Below are positions 14,162-22,915 of a stretch of 62,069 nt of DNA, in pieces; position 1 is the first letter of the stretch, and the number at the start of each line of letters is the position of its first letter. The notes beneath the pieces were generated by a model. That model was not told the origin of the DNA. It was given only the letters and a program-made list of their open reading frames with translations, and ran no database searches. The stretch is from Candidatus Velthaea sp. (GTDB lineage: Bacteria > Vulcanimicrobiota > Vulcanimicrobiia > Vulcanimicrobiales > Vulcanimicrobiaceae), in the NCBI GenBank assembly GCA_050012475.1, contig JBEKHC010000016.1, positions 1 through 62,069 of the forward strand. The letters are read 5' to 3'. Position numbers and translations under genes: made by a program.

Positions 14162-14239
14162 TGGTGCGCCCGACTGGAATCGAACCAGCAACCTCGGCCT
14201 TAGGAGTGCCTTGCTCTATCCAAATTGAGCTACGGGCGC
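14162..14239 (-). tRNA. tRNA-Arg (CCT)
   Basis: Perfect GCGCCCG/CGGGCGC acceptor stem, loop CTCCTAA, GGTTCGATTCC, CCA end. The anticodon stem is imperfect. Confidence 0.9.
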
Positions 14240-14293
14240 GCCCCGGCCGGGTTCGCGCACGGGAGCAACCGTTCCCGGGTTGAAGTTGACCAA

Positions 14294-15808
14294 ATGCAGA
14301 CGAAACTCAATCACATACCGCCCGTGAGCAGCGCCCCCGCGGGCTTTTCGATCGATCGTGATTTGCCCGCCGGATTTGCGGAATTTTACCGGCCGCTGCA
14401 CGCCGCGTTTACCGCGCGCCAGCAAGCTGCCCTCGCGCGCCGCCATGAAATCATGGAAGCCTCGCACGCCGGAAAGCTTCCGACGTATCTTCCCAAGTCG
14501 GAAGCGGGCGGCGATTGGCGCATCACGCTGCCCGATTGGGTCGCGGATCAGCGCAATCAAATGACCGGGCCGGCCGACGATCACGAACTCGCCGTGAAAA
14601 TGCTCAACTCGGGCTCGCCCGGCGTGATGATCGACCTCGAAGATTCGATGGCCAACGAATTCGCGCGAACGCTGCTGGGCATCGACAACGCGATCGCCGC
14701 GTATTACGGTGAACTCACTTACGTCGACGCAAAGCGCGGCAATGTCGTCGTCGGCATCAAGCCCAGTTCGGCGGTGCTGTGGACGCGCGTGCGCGGACTG
14801 CACCTTTCGCAAGCGGGCATTTTCCCCGAACTCACCTCGGCCTCGCTGTTCGATCTCGCGCTGCTCGCGTACAAGCTCGACTTCTCGCGCCTGCGGCACC
14901 CGCTGGCAATCTACATTCCGAAATCGGAAACCGCCGACGAAGGCTTGTGGTGGCGTGACGTGTTCCGCGCCGTCGCCGCTGCCAAAGGTTTGGCGCCCGA
15001 CGCGATCAAGTGCATGGCGCTGGTCGAAGCGCACAACTTCGCGTATCAGATCGAAGAGTTCGCGTACAACTTGCGCGAGCATTTGCTGGGCCTCAACCTG
15101 GGCCGCTGGGATTACATGGCAAGTCTCATCCATTACAATCTCAACGATCCGGCCTGGGTGCTGCCCGACCGCAACACGATCCCGTTCAACGTCCCGTTCT
15201 TTCAGGCGCTGCGCGAGCGCATCCCCGAAGTCTGTCACACGCACGGCATGCTCGCCGTGGGCGGCATGACCGCGCTGTTCCCCGATCGCACTAATCCCGA
15301 ACTCAACGCGCGCGCGCTCGCCGCACTCGAACAAGACAAAAAGAACGAAGCGGTGTGCCTGTTCGACGGCGCTTGGACGGGGCATCCGGATCAGAACGAC
15401 ATCGCCGTCGCTCAGTTTCCGACACCCAATCAAGGCTTCGCGCGCAAACCCGGCGCCAACAAAGAACCCGATCTGCGGCCGTCGGTCGTGGGCATCGGCA
15501 CGACCTCGATCACTGGAACGCGCGCCGCGGTGAAGACCGTCATCCGTTACCGGCACGGCTATCTGTCGGGCCTGGGCGCCTCACTGCTTGACGGTTATAT
15601 GGAAGACCTCGCCACCGACCGGATCTATCGCTTGATGATCACGCAGCGCACGCTGCACGGGATGCACACCGCCGCCGTCGTCAGCGAGCTGTTCGATGAG
15701 GAACTGGCCAAACTGGTCGCGGCAGCGCCGGACCAGGCGGAAATCTATCGCCGCGCCCGCGCGCAAAGCGAAGCCATGATCGTCAACGGGTTCCACGATC
15801 CCATCTAG
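14294..15808 (+). CDS. aceB: Malate synthase (divergent, A-like)
   Basis: Motifs MIDLEDS, IYIPKSE, GLNLGRWDY, AVGGMTA, DGAWTGHP and MEDLAT. Confidence 0.85.
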   Translation: MQTKLNHIPPVSSAPAGFSIDRDLPAGFAEFYRPLHAAFTARQQAALARRHEIMEASHAGKLPTYLPKSEAGGDWRITLPDWVADQRNQMTGPADDHELAVKMLNSGSPGVMIDLEDSMANEFARTLLGIDNAIAAYYGELTYVDAKRGNVVVGIKPSSAVLWTRVRGLHLSQAGIFPELTSASLFDLALLAYKLDFSRLRHPLAIYIPKSETADEGLWWRDVFRAVAAAKGLAPDAIKCMALVEAHNFAYQIEEFAYNLREHLLGLNLGRWDYMASLIHYNLNDPAWVLPDRNTIPFNVPFFQALRERIPEVCHTHGMLAVGGMTALFPDRTNPELNARALAALEQDKKNEAVCLFDGAWTGHPDQNDIAVAQFPTPNQGFARKPGANKEPDLRPSVVGIGTTSITGTRAAVKTVIRYRHGYLSGLGASLLDGYMEDLATDRIYRLMITQRTLHGMHTAAVVSELFDEELAKLVAAAPDQAEIYRRARAQSEAMIVNGFHDPI

Positions 15809-15915
15809 CTCGGTCGTAACGGCCGGAGACGCAGGCGCAAGACCCGGTTGTCGTCAAAGCCTCCAATGATGGATACCATCGCCGCCGAGCCGGCCGCGGC
15901 CGGCGGCGGTCCTCC

Positions 15916-18720
15916 ATGATCGACGTCGACCCGGCCGATGTTGCGGCAGTGCTGCTCGAGCAACTACCGCACCTCATTTGGGCGGCCGACGCCGACGGTG
16001 AACTGACGTACGTCAACGAGCGCTGGGGCGAATATACCGGTCTGCCGGACGGCATGCTGCTGGGCTGCGGCTGGACGGCGGCCCTCGAGCCCGCCTCGCG
16101 CGCCGCGTTCCTGGCCGATTGGAAAGCGGAGATCGAGGCGGGCGTGACGCTTTCCGAGCATCGCCTGCACTATCGCCGCTTCGACGGCGTGTACGGCTGG
16201 TTTCTCTGGCGCGCCGTGCCCGTTGCCGGCGACGACGAAACGGGAGCCCGGTGGATCGGCACGCTCACCGACATCGATGCGCACGTGCGCATCGAAGAAC
16301 GGCTGCGCGCGAACGACGAGCGCAACCGCTCGATTCTCGACACCACCCAGGAGGGTGTCTGGATCGTCGACGCCGAGGGACGAACCCGCTACGCCAATCG
16401 CCGCTTCGCCGAGATGCTCGGTTACGCGCGGCCCGAGGAGTTGCTCGGGGTTTCGGCCTTCGACTTCTTCCGCGCTGCGGACCACGCGATGGTTCGCGAA
16501 CAGTTGGCACGGCGGCGCGAAGGCGAAGTCGCGTCGAAGGAGTATCGCTTTGCCCGCCGCGACGGGAGCGATCTCTGGACGATCACGGCGGCCAGTCCGA
16601 TCTTCAACCGCAACGGCGCCTTCGTCGGATCCATCGGCATGGTCACCGATATCACCGAACGCAAATCGATGGAAGTCCGGCTCGCGACGGCAGCCGCCGA
16701 ATATCAGTCGCTGGCCGAAGCGACGCCCCAGATCGTGTGGACCGCCGAGCCCGACGGGTCATTCGATTACGTGAACGGACGCTGGACAGAATACACCGGG
16801 ATCGCGCGCGAACATGCGCGCGGACGCGGCTGGATGGCGGCGGTCCAGCCCAGCGATCGCGCCGGCCTGCAACAAGCGTGGCAGGCGGCGCTCGACGGCA
16901 GCAGCGAGATCGAAGTGGCGCTGCGGCTGCGGCGCGCTGCCGATGACGGCTGCCGCTGGCACGTTATGCGCGCGCGGCCGCTGTTCGGCACGGACGGCAG
17001 CGTTGCGCGCTGGTTCGGCACGCTGACCGACATCCACAACGAACGCCGCACGGCGCGCCAACTCGAAATTATCGCCCGCACGAGCACGGTGCTTGCCGAG
17101 TCGTTCGACAGCGATGCGCTGCTGAGCCGCCTGGCGCAACTCATCTGCAACGAATTCGCGCAGTTCGTCCTGATTCTGCTCATCAACGACAAACGGCGTT
17201 TGTACACGGTTGCGACGGCCCATCGCTCACCCGAAGCAGCTTCCGCGATGCGTTCGCTTCACGGCCGGCCGCTGCTGCTGCCCGAATTCGAGGGCGCGGT
17301 GATCGCGCGGATGTCCGACGGGGAGCCCTACAGCGGGGAAACGGACGCGGCGCAGCTGGCTTCGATGGTACCGGCCGAAAACGCCGCGGCGATCGAGCGC
17401 GCGGGTCACGGCACGTTCCTTAACGCGCCGCTTCAGGCACGCGGCCGGACGCTGGGCGCGATCGTCGCGTATGCGCCACCCGACGCGCCATTCACCGCAG
17501 ACGAGACAAACATTCTCGCCGACATCGCCGCGCGCGCCGCGATCGCGGTTGAAAACGCCGAACTCTACGCCCGCGAGCATCGCGTCTCCGTGACGCTGCA
17601 GCAAGCGCTGCTGCCGTCCCGTTTGCCCGACATCCCCGGACTGCGGTTCGACGCGATCTATTCGCCGGCGACGACCGAAGCCCAGATCGGCGGCGACTGG
17701 TACGACGCGGTCGAACTCAGCGACGGACGCATCGTGGTGTCGATCGGCGACGTGACGGGGCGGGGCGTTCGCGCGGCGGTCATCATGGGCCGGGTTCGCC
17801 AAGCCATCGAGGCGCTCGCGACGTACCAATCCGATCCGGCGCAGCTGCTCAATGCTGCCGACACGGTGCTGCGCCGAACGCATGCCGACGCGATCGTCAC
17901 CGCACTCGTGGGCGTGATCGACCTCAATCGGCGCACGTTCGCGTATGCGACCGCCGGGCATCCGACGCCGATCATCCGTTCGGCGGACGGCCGCCTCGTG
18001 ACGCTGCCCGGCTCGGGGTTGCCGCTGGGCCTGCGCGACGCGCATCAGCCGCCGACCTCAACGATCGTGCTGCCGGCGAACTCGCTGCTGCTGATGTACA
18101 CCGACGGTCTGGTCGAATCGACGCGCGACATCGAAGAAGGCGAACGGCGCGTCGCGCTCGCGCTGCTCGGCGATCGGATCGTCACCAGCGCCCATCCGGC
18201 AGCGGAACTCAAGGCCGCGGTACTGCACGACGGTTCGAGTGACGACGTTGCGATCTTCACCGTGAGCATCGGCGACCTGAGCGGAACGGCGAACGCCGGA
18301 CGCACCGATTCGCCGCTGCGCAGCGCATGGTCGATGCACTGGTCGTTCGATGCGCGCGACGCGCGCTCGACGCGCGACGTGCGCGAGCTATTTCTGGCGT
18401 ATTTGCGCGCGAAGGGCAAACAAGACGCCGATTACGCCGGCGCCGAACTCGTTTTCGGCGAGCTGATCGGCAACGTCGTGCGGCATGCGCCGGGGACGGT
18501 CGATATCGAAGTCGAATGGCGCGGCGATGCGCCGGTTCTGCACATCCTCGATCGCGGACCGGGCTACGACCGTTCCGCAGCGCTGCCGCCGTCGCTGAGC
18601 GAGACGGGACGCGGATTGTACCTGGTCTCGACATTGACGCGTGAATTCACCGTCACCCGTTTGCCCGGCTACGGTTCGCACGCGCGCGCCGTGCTGCCGA
18701 TCGACCGCACCGCTCCGTAA
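15916..18720 (+). CDS. PAS x3-GAF-PP2C (SpoIIE)-HATPase_c partner-switching signalling protein
   Basis: LQQALLP, IGGDWYD, IGDVTGRG, AGHP, YTDGLVE and SSDDVA, then ELIGNVVRHA, DRGPG and GRGLYLV. Confidence 0.92.
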   Translation: MIDVDPADVAAVLLEQLPHLIWAADADGELTYVNERWGEYTGLPDGMLLGCGWTAALEPASRAAFLADWKAEIEAGVTLSEHRLHYRRFDGVYGWFLWRAVPVAGDDETGARWIGTLTDIDAHVRIEERLRANDERNRSILDTTQEGVWIVDAEGRTRYANRRFAEMLGYARPEELLGVSAFDFFRAADHAMVREQLARRREGEVASKEYRFARRDGSDLWTITAASPIFNRNGAFVGSIGMVTDITERKSMEVRLATAAAEYQSLAEATPQIVWTAEPDGSFDYVNGRWTEYTGIAREHARGRGWMAAVQPSDRAGLQQAWQAALDGSSEIEVALRLRRAADDGCRWHVMRARPLFGTDGSVARWFGTLTDIHNERRTARQLEIIARTSTVLAESFDSDALLSRLAQLICNEFAQFVLILLINDKRRLYTVATAHRSPEAASAMRSLHGRPLLLPEFEGAVIARMSDGEPYSGETDAAQLASMVPAENAAAIERAGHGTFLNAPLQARGRTLGAIVAYAPPDAPFTADETNILADIAARAAIAVENAELYAREHRVSVTLQQALLPSRLPDIPGLRFDAIYSPATTEAQIGGDWYDAVELSDGRIVVSIGDVTGRGVRAAVIMGRVRQAIEALATYQSDPAQLLNAADTVLRRTHADAIVTALVGVIDLNRRTFAYATAGHPTPIIRSADGRLVTLPGSGLPLGLRDAHQPPTSTIVLPANSLLLMYTDGLVESTRDIEEGERRVALALLGDRIVTSAHPAAELKAAVLHDGSSDDVAIFTVSIGDLSGTANAGRTDSPLRSAWSMHWSFDARDARSTRDVRELFLAYLRAKGKQDADYAGAELVFGELIGNVVRHAPGTVDIEVEWRGDAPVLHILDRGPGYDRSAALPPSLSETGRGLYLVSTLTREFTVTRLPGYGSHARAVLPIDRTAP

Positions 18721-18723
18721 CGA

Positions 18724-19281
18724 TCAGCGCGCGCCGGCGCGGGCGGAGCGTTCCGCGTTGGCCTTGAGCCGCCGCAGCTGCTTGCGCATCATCAGCAGAT
18801 CGATCCAAGGCATCGCGCCGCCGATCAGCCGGCCGTAGAGCGAACGCGGATAGTTTGCCTTCACTTTGACGAACAGGCGCGAGCCGCCGGACGCGCGCGG
18901 CGTTACCACGTACGTGCCGTAGAGCGTGCCGAACAGGGCGGTGCCGAGGCGCGAACGCGGCCCTAACGTCAGCGTGCAGCCCGGCTCGAACGCGACGAGC
19001 GAAAACACGTGCATCATCCGCTGGCCGAGTTCGATCCGATCGGCGCGCGGGCTGAGGCGCGCCGGACTGGGCAGCAAGAAATTATCGGCCCAATCGTAGG
19101 AGTACGGCGCGATCCGCAGCTGCTGCAGCCAGCGATAGGTGACCGCCGCGGGCGCATCGACGTCGATCGCGCGAAACAACACCTGCTGGCTGTGGGGCAG
19201 AAACCGATCGCACGGGTAGGCCGGCGCGCATTCTTCTTCGGTCGCGCCCCAGACGAATGGCACCGTAGGTGAAGCGCTCAC
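18724..19281 (-). CDS. Hypothetical SRPBCC-like protein; start approximate
   Basis: WGAT..E...YPCD, RAIDVDAPA...WLQQLRIAPYSYDW, MMRKQLRRLK. Confidence 0.75.
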   Translation of the reverse strand: MSASPTVPFVWGATEEECAPAYPCDRFLPHSQQVLFRAIDVDAPAAVTYRWLQQLRIAPYSYDWADNFLLPSPARLSPRADRIELGQRMMHVFSLVAFEPGCTLTLGPRSRLGTALFGTLYGTYVVTPRASGGSRLFVKVKANYPRSLYGRLIGGAMPWIDLLMMRKQLRRLKANAERSARAGAR

Positions 19282-19455
19282 CAGCCGGCCGCGCTGCGTT
19301 CGGTGCGAGGCCGTACTTTGCGCAGCGCTCGCTTGTTCGTCAAGTCCGTCTGAAGCATCCGGACGCAAATCAGACGATCGGCAGACGTGCGCGCCGGTAT
19401 CGTGTGGCCATCACCTGTCGCCGCGCACCCGGTCGCAGCCGAAAGGGCCTCCCGC

Positions 19456-20118
19456 ATGTTCCACGCCGTCGCTCCTAGCAGTTCCGCACCCTCGCATCCC
19501 CGTCTTACGGCGCTCCCCGCCGCTCGGCCGCAGGGAGCGCCGCCTACTGCCGGCGCAGCGTCGGCGGCCGAAGCCATCGATGCCGAACTCTTGGAACGAG
19601 TCGCACGCTGGAGCGATCAGGCCGCCTTCGAGGAGCTGTACCGCCGTCACCTCGACGCCGTGATGCTGACCGCGCTGCACGTCTGCCGCAACAAGCACGC
19701 TGCCGAAGAGATCGCGCAGCACGCCTTTAGCGCGCTCTGGTTCCGGGCCGAACGGCTGGCCGCCAAAGCCGTGCGTCTGCGGCCCTGGTTGACCACCGTC
19801 GCTCGCAACGCCGCCATCGACCAGTTGCGCGCGTCGGCGTCATCCGTCGCGTCGCTGGACGAGGCCCAAGAGCAAGCCTCCAGCGCCCCCACCCCGGAGT
19901 CCGAGGCGCTGCTGAACGATTCGAGCCGTGCGGTTCGCTCCGCCGTTGCGTCACTCTCGCCCGCGCAACGCTCGGTTGTCGAGCTCGTGTACTTCGCCGG
20001 AATGACCTATGCGGCCGTAGCCGAGGCAACCGGCGAACCGCTGGGAACGGTGAAGTCGCGCGTGCGGCTTGCGCTGGGTCACCTGCGGTCGCACCTGCGA
20101 GACGCGCAAGCCGGCTAG
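19456..20118 (+). CDS. ECF sigma-70 factor (SigK-like)
   Basis: DQAAFEELYRRH, WLTTVARNAAID, LSPAQRSVVELVYF and PLGTVKSRVRLAL. Confidence 0.92.
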   Translation: MFHAVAPSSSAPSHPRLTALPAARPQGAPPTAGAASAAEAIDAELLERVARWSDQAAFEELYRRHLDAVMLTALHVCRNKHAAEEIAQHAFSALWFRAERLAAKAVRLRPWLTTVARNAAIDQLRASASSVASLDEAQEQASSAPTPESEALLNDSSRAVRSAVASLSPAQRSVVELVYFAGMTYAAVAEATGEPLGTVKSRVRLALGHLRSHLRDAQAG

Positions 20119-20143
20119 ATCTCGGCTCCGACCGGGGGAGAAA

Positions 20144-20218
20144 TGGAGCTGCCGATGGGGATTGAACCCATGGTCTCCGCATTACCAATGCGGTGCTTTA
20201 CCGCTAAGCTACGGCAGC
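20144..20218 (-). tRNA. tRNA-Thr (GGT)
   Basis: GCTGCCG...CCGCA-TTGGTAA-TGCGG...GGTTCAATCC...CGGCAGCTCCA. Confidence 0.96.
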
Positions 20219-20598
20219 CCGGCCCGTGACGGATCGCCCGGCGCGCCCGGCGGGTCTCCAGCGGCGAACAATCCGCTTCGCACACTCAACATACCTGCTT
20301 GCGGCGGCGCGGCAGCGGTGCTCACCAGCGCCGGCCGCGTGCGCTGCGAATCGGCGCTGCTGCGCGGAACGCACGCGATGGCTCCAGGCAAACGAGATCC
20401 GCGCTCGACGCCTGGTCGAATGGTGATGCGCGTCCGCTGTGAGGCCAAAGGGCCACTTGCAGCGCGCATCGCGCGTCTGATGCAAGCAGATCAAGCATAG
20501 GATTTGCACCTACCTGCAAGAATCGGTTTGCCATCGCCGAGCTTCACGCTTATCGTCACGGCGACGATCTTTTGTTCGTCACGCAGGGGGAGATCGCT

Positions 20599-21171
20599 GT
20601 GTTACGCCGTTCGACCGTCGGCATCGCCGTACTGCTTTGTTCCTTCGTCCCGTTTTGCGCTCCGGCTGTTTCGAGCACCATGCGCGTCACGGTGCCGGGC
20701 GGCACGCCGATTACCGTCCATCTGGCAAACGAGATCTCTTCGAGCACCGCGCACGAAGGCGACACGTTCAGCTTCAGCGTCGTCGACGACGTGCGGACCG
20801 GCGGCTGGCTCATCATTCCCGCCGGAAGTCAAGGCGTCGGCAAAATCACGTCGGTCGAAAACGCCGCCGGCAACGGGCATTCGGGAAAGCTGGGCTTGCA
20901 GTTCGCCTACGTCTACGCCGTTGACGGCGAAAAAATCCGCGTGACGCAAGCCGCCAACCCGACGGAAAACGAACAGAAAACAGGCGTGGCGTCGACGGCG
21001 ATCATCGCCACCTACGCGCTGTTGGGCCCGGCCGGCTCGTCCGCACACGACGGGATGAAAGGCCGCGAAGCATCGATCTCACCGAACACCCCGTTTTCGG
21101 TTTTCGTCGACCAGACCGTGCACGTCGAGTCCAGCGATCACGCCGGAAAAACCGGCGGCTTCGCCCACTAA
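20599..21171 (+). CDS. Secreted beta-rich hypothetical protein (VirB10/TrbI-like pattern)
   Basis: Signal peptide, then VPGGTPITVHL..ISSSTAHEGDTF...IPAGSQGVGKI...GKLGLQF. GGGGGAG RBS. Confidence 0.7.
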   Translation: MLRRSTVGIAVLLCSFVPFCAPAVSSTMRVTVPGGTPITVHLANEISSSTAHEGDTFSFSVVDDVRTGGWLIIPAGSQGVGKITSVENAAGNGHSGKLGLQFAYVYAVDGEKIRVTQAANPTENEQKTGVASTAIIATYALLGPAGSSAHDGMKGREASISPNTPFSVFVDQTVHVESSDHAGKTGGFAH

Positions 21172-21188
21172 GGGACGCCCTGCACCTG

Positions 21189-21389
21189 CTAATTCGGGTG
21201 GCTGCGGTTGCTGCGTTCGACGTACCAGACGAAGATGAAGCAAACCACCGCGCCCAGCGTCCAGCCCCAGCGCGCAGCGAAGCCGGTCAAGAACGGCAGC
21301 CGCAGGTGAATCCAGCCGACCCGCGCGCAAATGTTGATCAGAACGACGAGGATACACAGGTATCCGGCCGTCAGCGCCACCCGGCTCAT
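21189..21389 (-). CDS. Small two-TM membrane protein
   Basis: MSRVALTAGYLCILVVLINI...WGWTLGAVVCFIFVWYVE. Confidence 0.55.
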   Translation of the reverse strand: MSRVALTAGYLCILVVLINICARVGWIHLRLPFLTGFAARWGWTLGAVVCFIFVWYVERSNRSHPN

Positions 21390-21515
21390 CCGGGCGAATT
21401 GTCCGCGCCGGCAGTGCAAACTCCGGATGCGTGGTATCCGTTCATGCCGCAACTCGTTCGGCCAGCGGCTCGTGAAACCCACGACGAGGGCCCGCTTTGG
21501 CGCGATCTCGTCGGC

Positions 21516-22778
21516 CTAGCTCGCCGGTGAATCGGCTGGTCCGGCCGGCACGTCGAGCAGCACGACGTCGCCGCGGGCGATGAGATCGATGAAAACGCGC
21601 ACGAGGCCGGCGTCGAGTTGCGTTCCCGCGACCCGCTCGAGTTCGCGAACGGCGGCGTCGACCGTCATCGCGCGGCGGTAGGGCCGGTCGGTGGTCATCG
21701 CATCGAAGCTGTCGGCGACCGCGATCAGACGCGCACCAAGCGGGATCCTCTCGCCGCGCAGTCCCTCGGGGTAGCCGTCGCCGTCGATGCGTTCGTGATG
21801 GTGAAGAACACACGGAACGACGCCTGCCATCGACGACACGCCGCCGATCAGCCGCGCCCCCAGCCCCGGATGAAGCGCGATCGCGCGCCGCTCGGGAACG
21901 TCCAACGGCCCGGGTTTGAAGAGCACGGCGTCGGCGACCCCGATCTTGCCGATGTCGTGGAGCAGCGCGCCGCTTTCGACGATGTCGACGTCGTTCTCGG
22001 ACAGCTTGACGGCGCGCGCAAGCCGCCGGCTGTACGCCGCCACGCGCCGCGAATGGCCCGCCGTGTACGGGTCGCGCATGTCGATCGCGTCGGCCATGAA
22101 GTTGAGCGCGTCGAAGAACATCTTTTGTGCGTAGCGCCGGCGTCGCTCGAACTCGTAAGAGATTCCGGTTGCCAGAATCACCAGCGAAATCGTGAGGATC
22201 GCGCTGACGATCGCCGTCACGCCGAAAATTGGGCCGCGGCCGCGCGTCGTGGCGTGCAGCTGGGTCGCAGTGAAATCGACGGCGATCACGTACAGCTGCG
22301 CTCGGCGCGCGCGGTACGGGAGATACACGGCGACCTGCGGACCGGTATCGACGGGCACGGCATGCCCGGCGGCAACCGCGCGTTCGACGTCGATCGTTGC
22401 CGGCGCAGCCGTTTGCGGATACACCGGTTGTCCGTCACGACGATAAATCCGCACGCCCGAAACCGCATCGATCGTGCGGGCATCGTTTTCGGCGCGCCGG
22501 AAGGCGTCTTCGAGCCTGGCGTTGAGCCGGCCCGAATCGGCGAGGCTGTCGAGCGGCACGGCGAGCTCGGCGCTGACGCGCCGGACCGACGTTATTTCAT
22601 AGTCCGTTTCCACCGCGGCGCGGTGCGCGCGCTCGACGAGCGCCACGACCGCGAGCGTGCACAAGGCCGCCGCCAAGATCGTCAGCAGCGTCCAGCGCCC
22701 AACGAAATTCGGCAGCGGGCGCGTCACGACCAGCGCTCGCCCGGCCGGGTGCTCGGACGGCGCGGATCCTTGGAGCAC
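21516..22778 (-). CDS. Membrane-anchored HD-GYP c-di-GMP phosphodiesterase
   Basis: DPYTAGHSRRV, LHDIGKIG, HHERIDGDGYP and DAMTTDRPYR, with two TM helices. Confidence 0.92.
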   Translation of the reverse strand: MLQGSAPSEHPAGRALVVTRPLPNFVGRWTLLTILAAALCTLAVVALVERAHRAAVETDYEITSVRRVSAELAVPLDSLADSGRLNARLEDAFRRAENDARTIDAVSGVRIYRRDGQPVYPQTAAPATIDVERAVAAGHAVPVDTGPQVAVYLPYRARRAQLYVIAVDFTATQLHATTRGRGPIFGVTAIVSAILTISLVILATGISYEFERRRRYAQKMFFDALNFMADAIDMRDPYTAGHSRRVAAYSRRLARAVKLSENDVDIVESGALLHDIGKIGVADAVLFKPGPLDVPERRAIALHPGLGARLIGGVSSMAGVVPCVLHHHERIDGDGYPEGLRGERIPLGARLIAVADSFDAMTTDRPYRRAMTVDAAVRELERVAGTQLDAGLVRVFIDLIARGDVVLLDVPAGPADSPAS

Positions 22779-22915
22779 CCGTGCCGGGATTTGGCCAATA
22801 GCATCGCTCCGATATTCGCGAGAGGCTTACTGTCTTGCCCCACCAATACCGCCGCCCGGCCGTGCGCCCCTTCGGCGACGAACCGCTGCGAGCCCAGTGC
22901 GCGAAGGGCGCGTGC

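Noticed and set aside
14162..20218. tRNA-anchored integrative element
   Set aside because: No integrase and no duplicated tRNA 3' end were seen.
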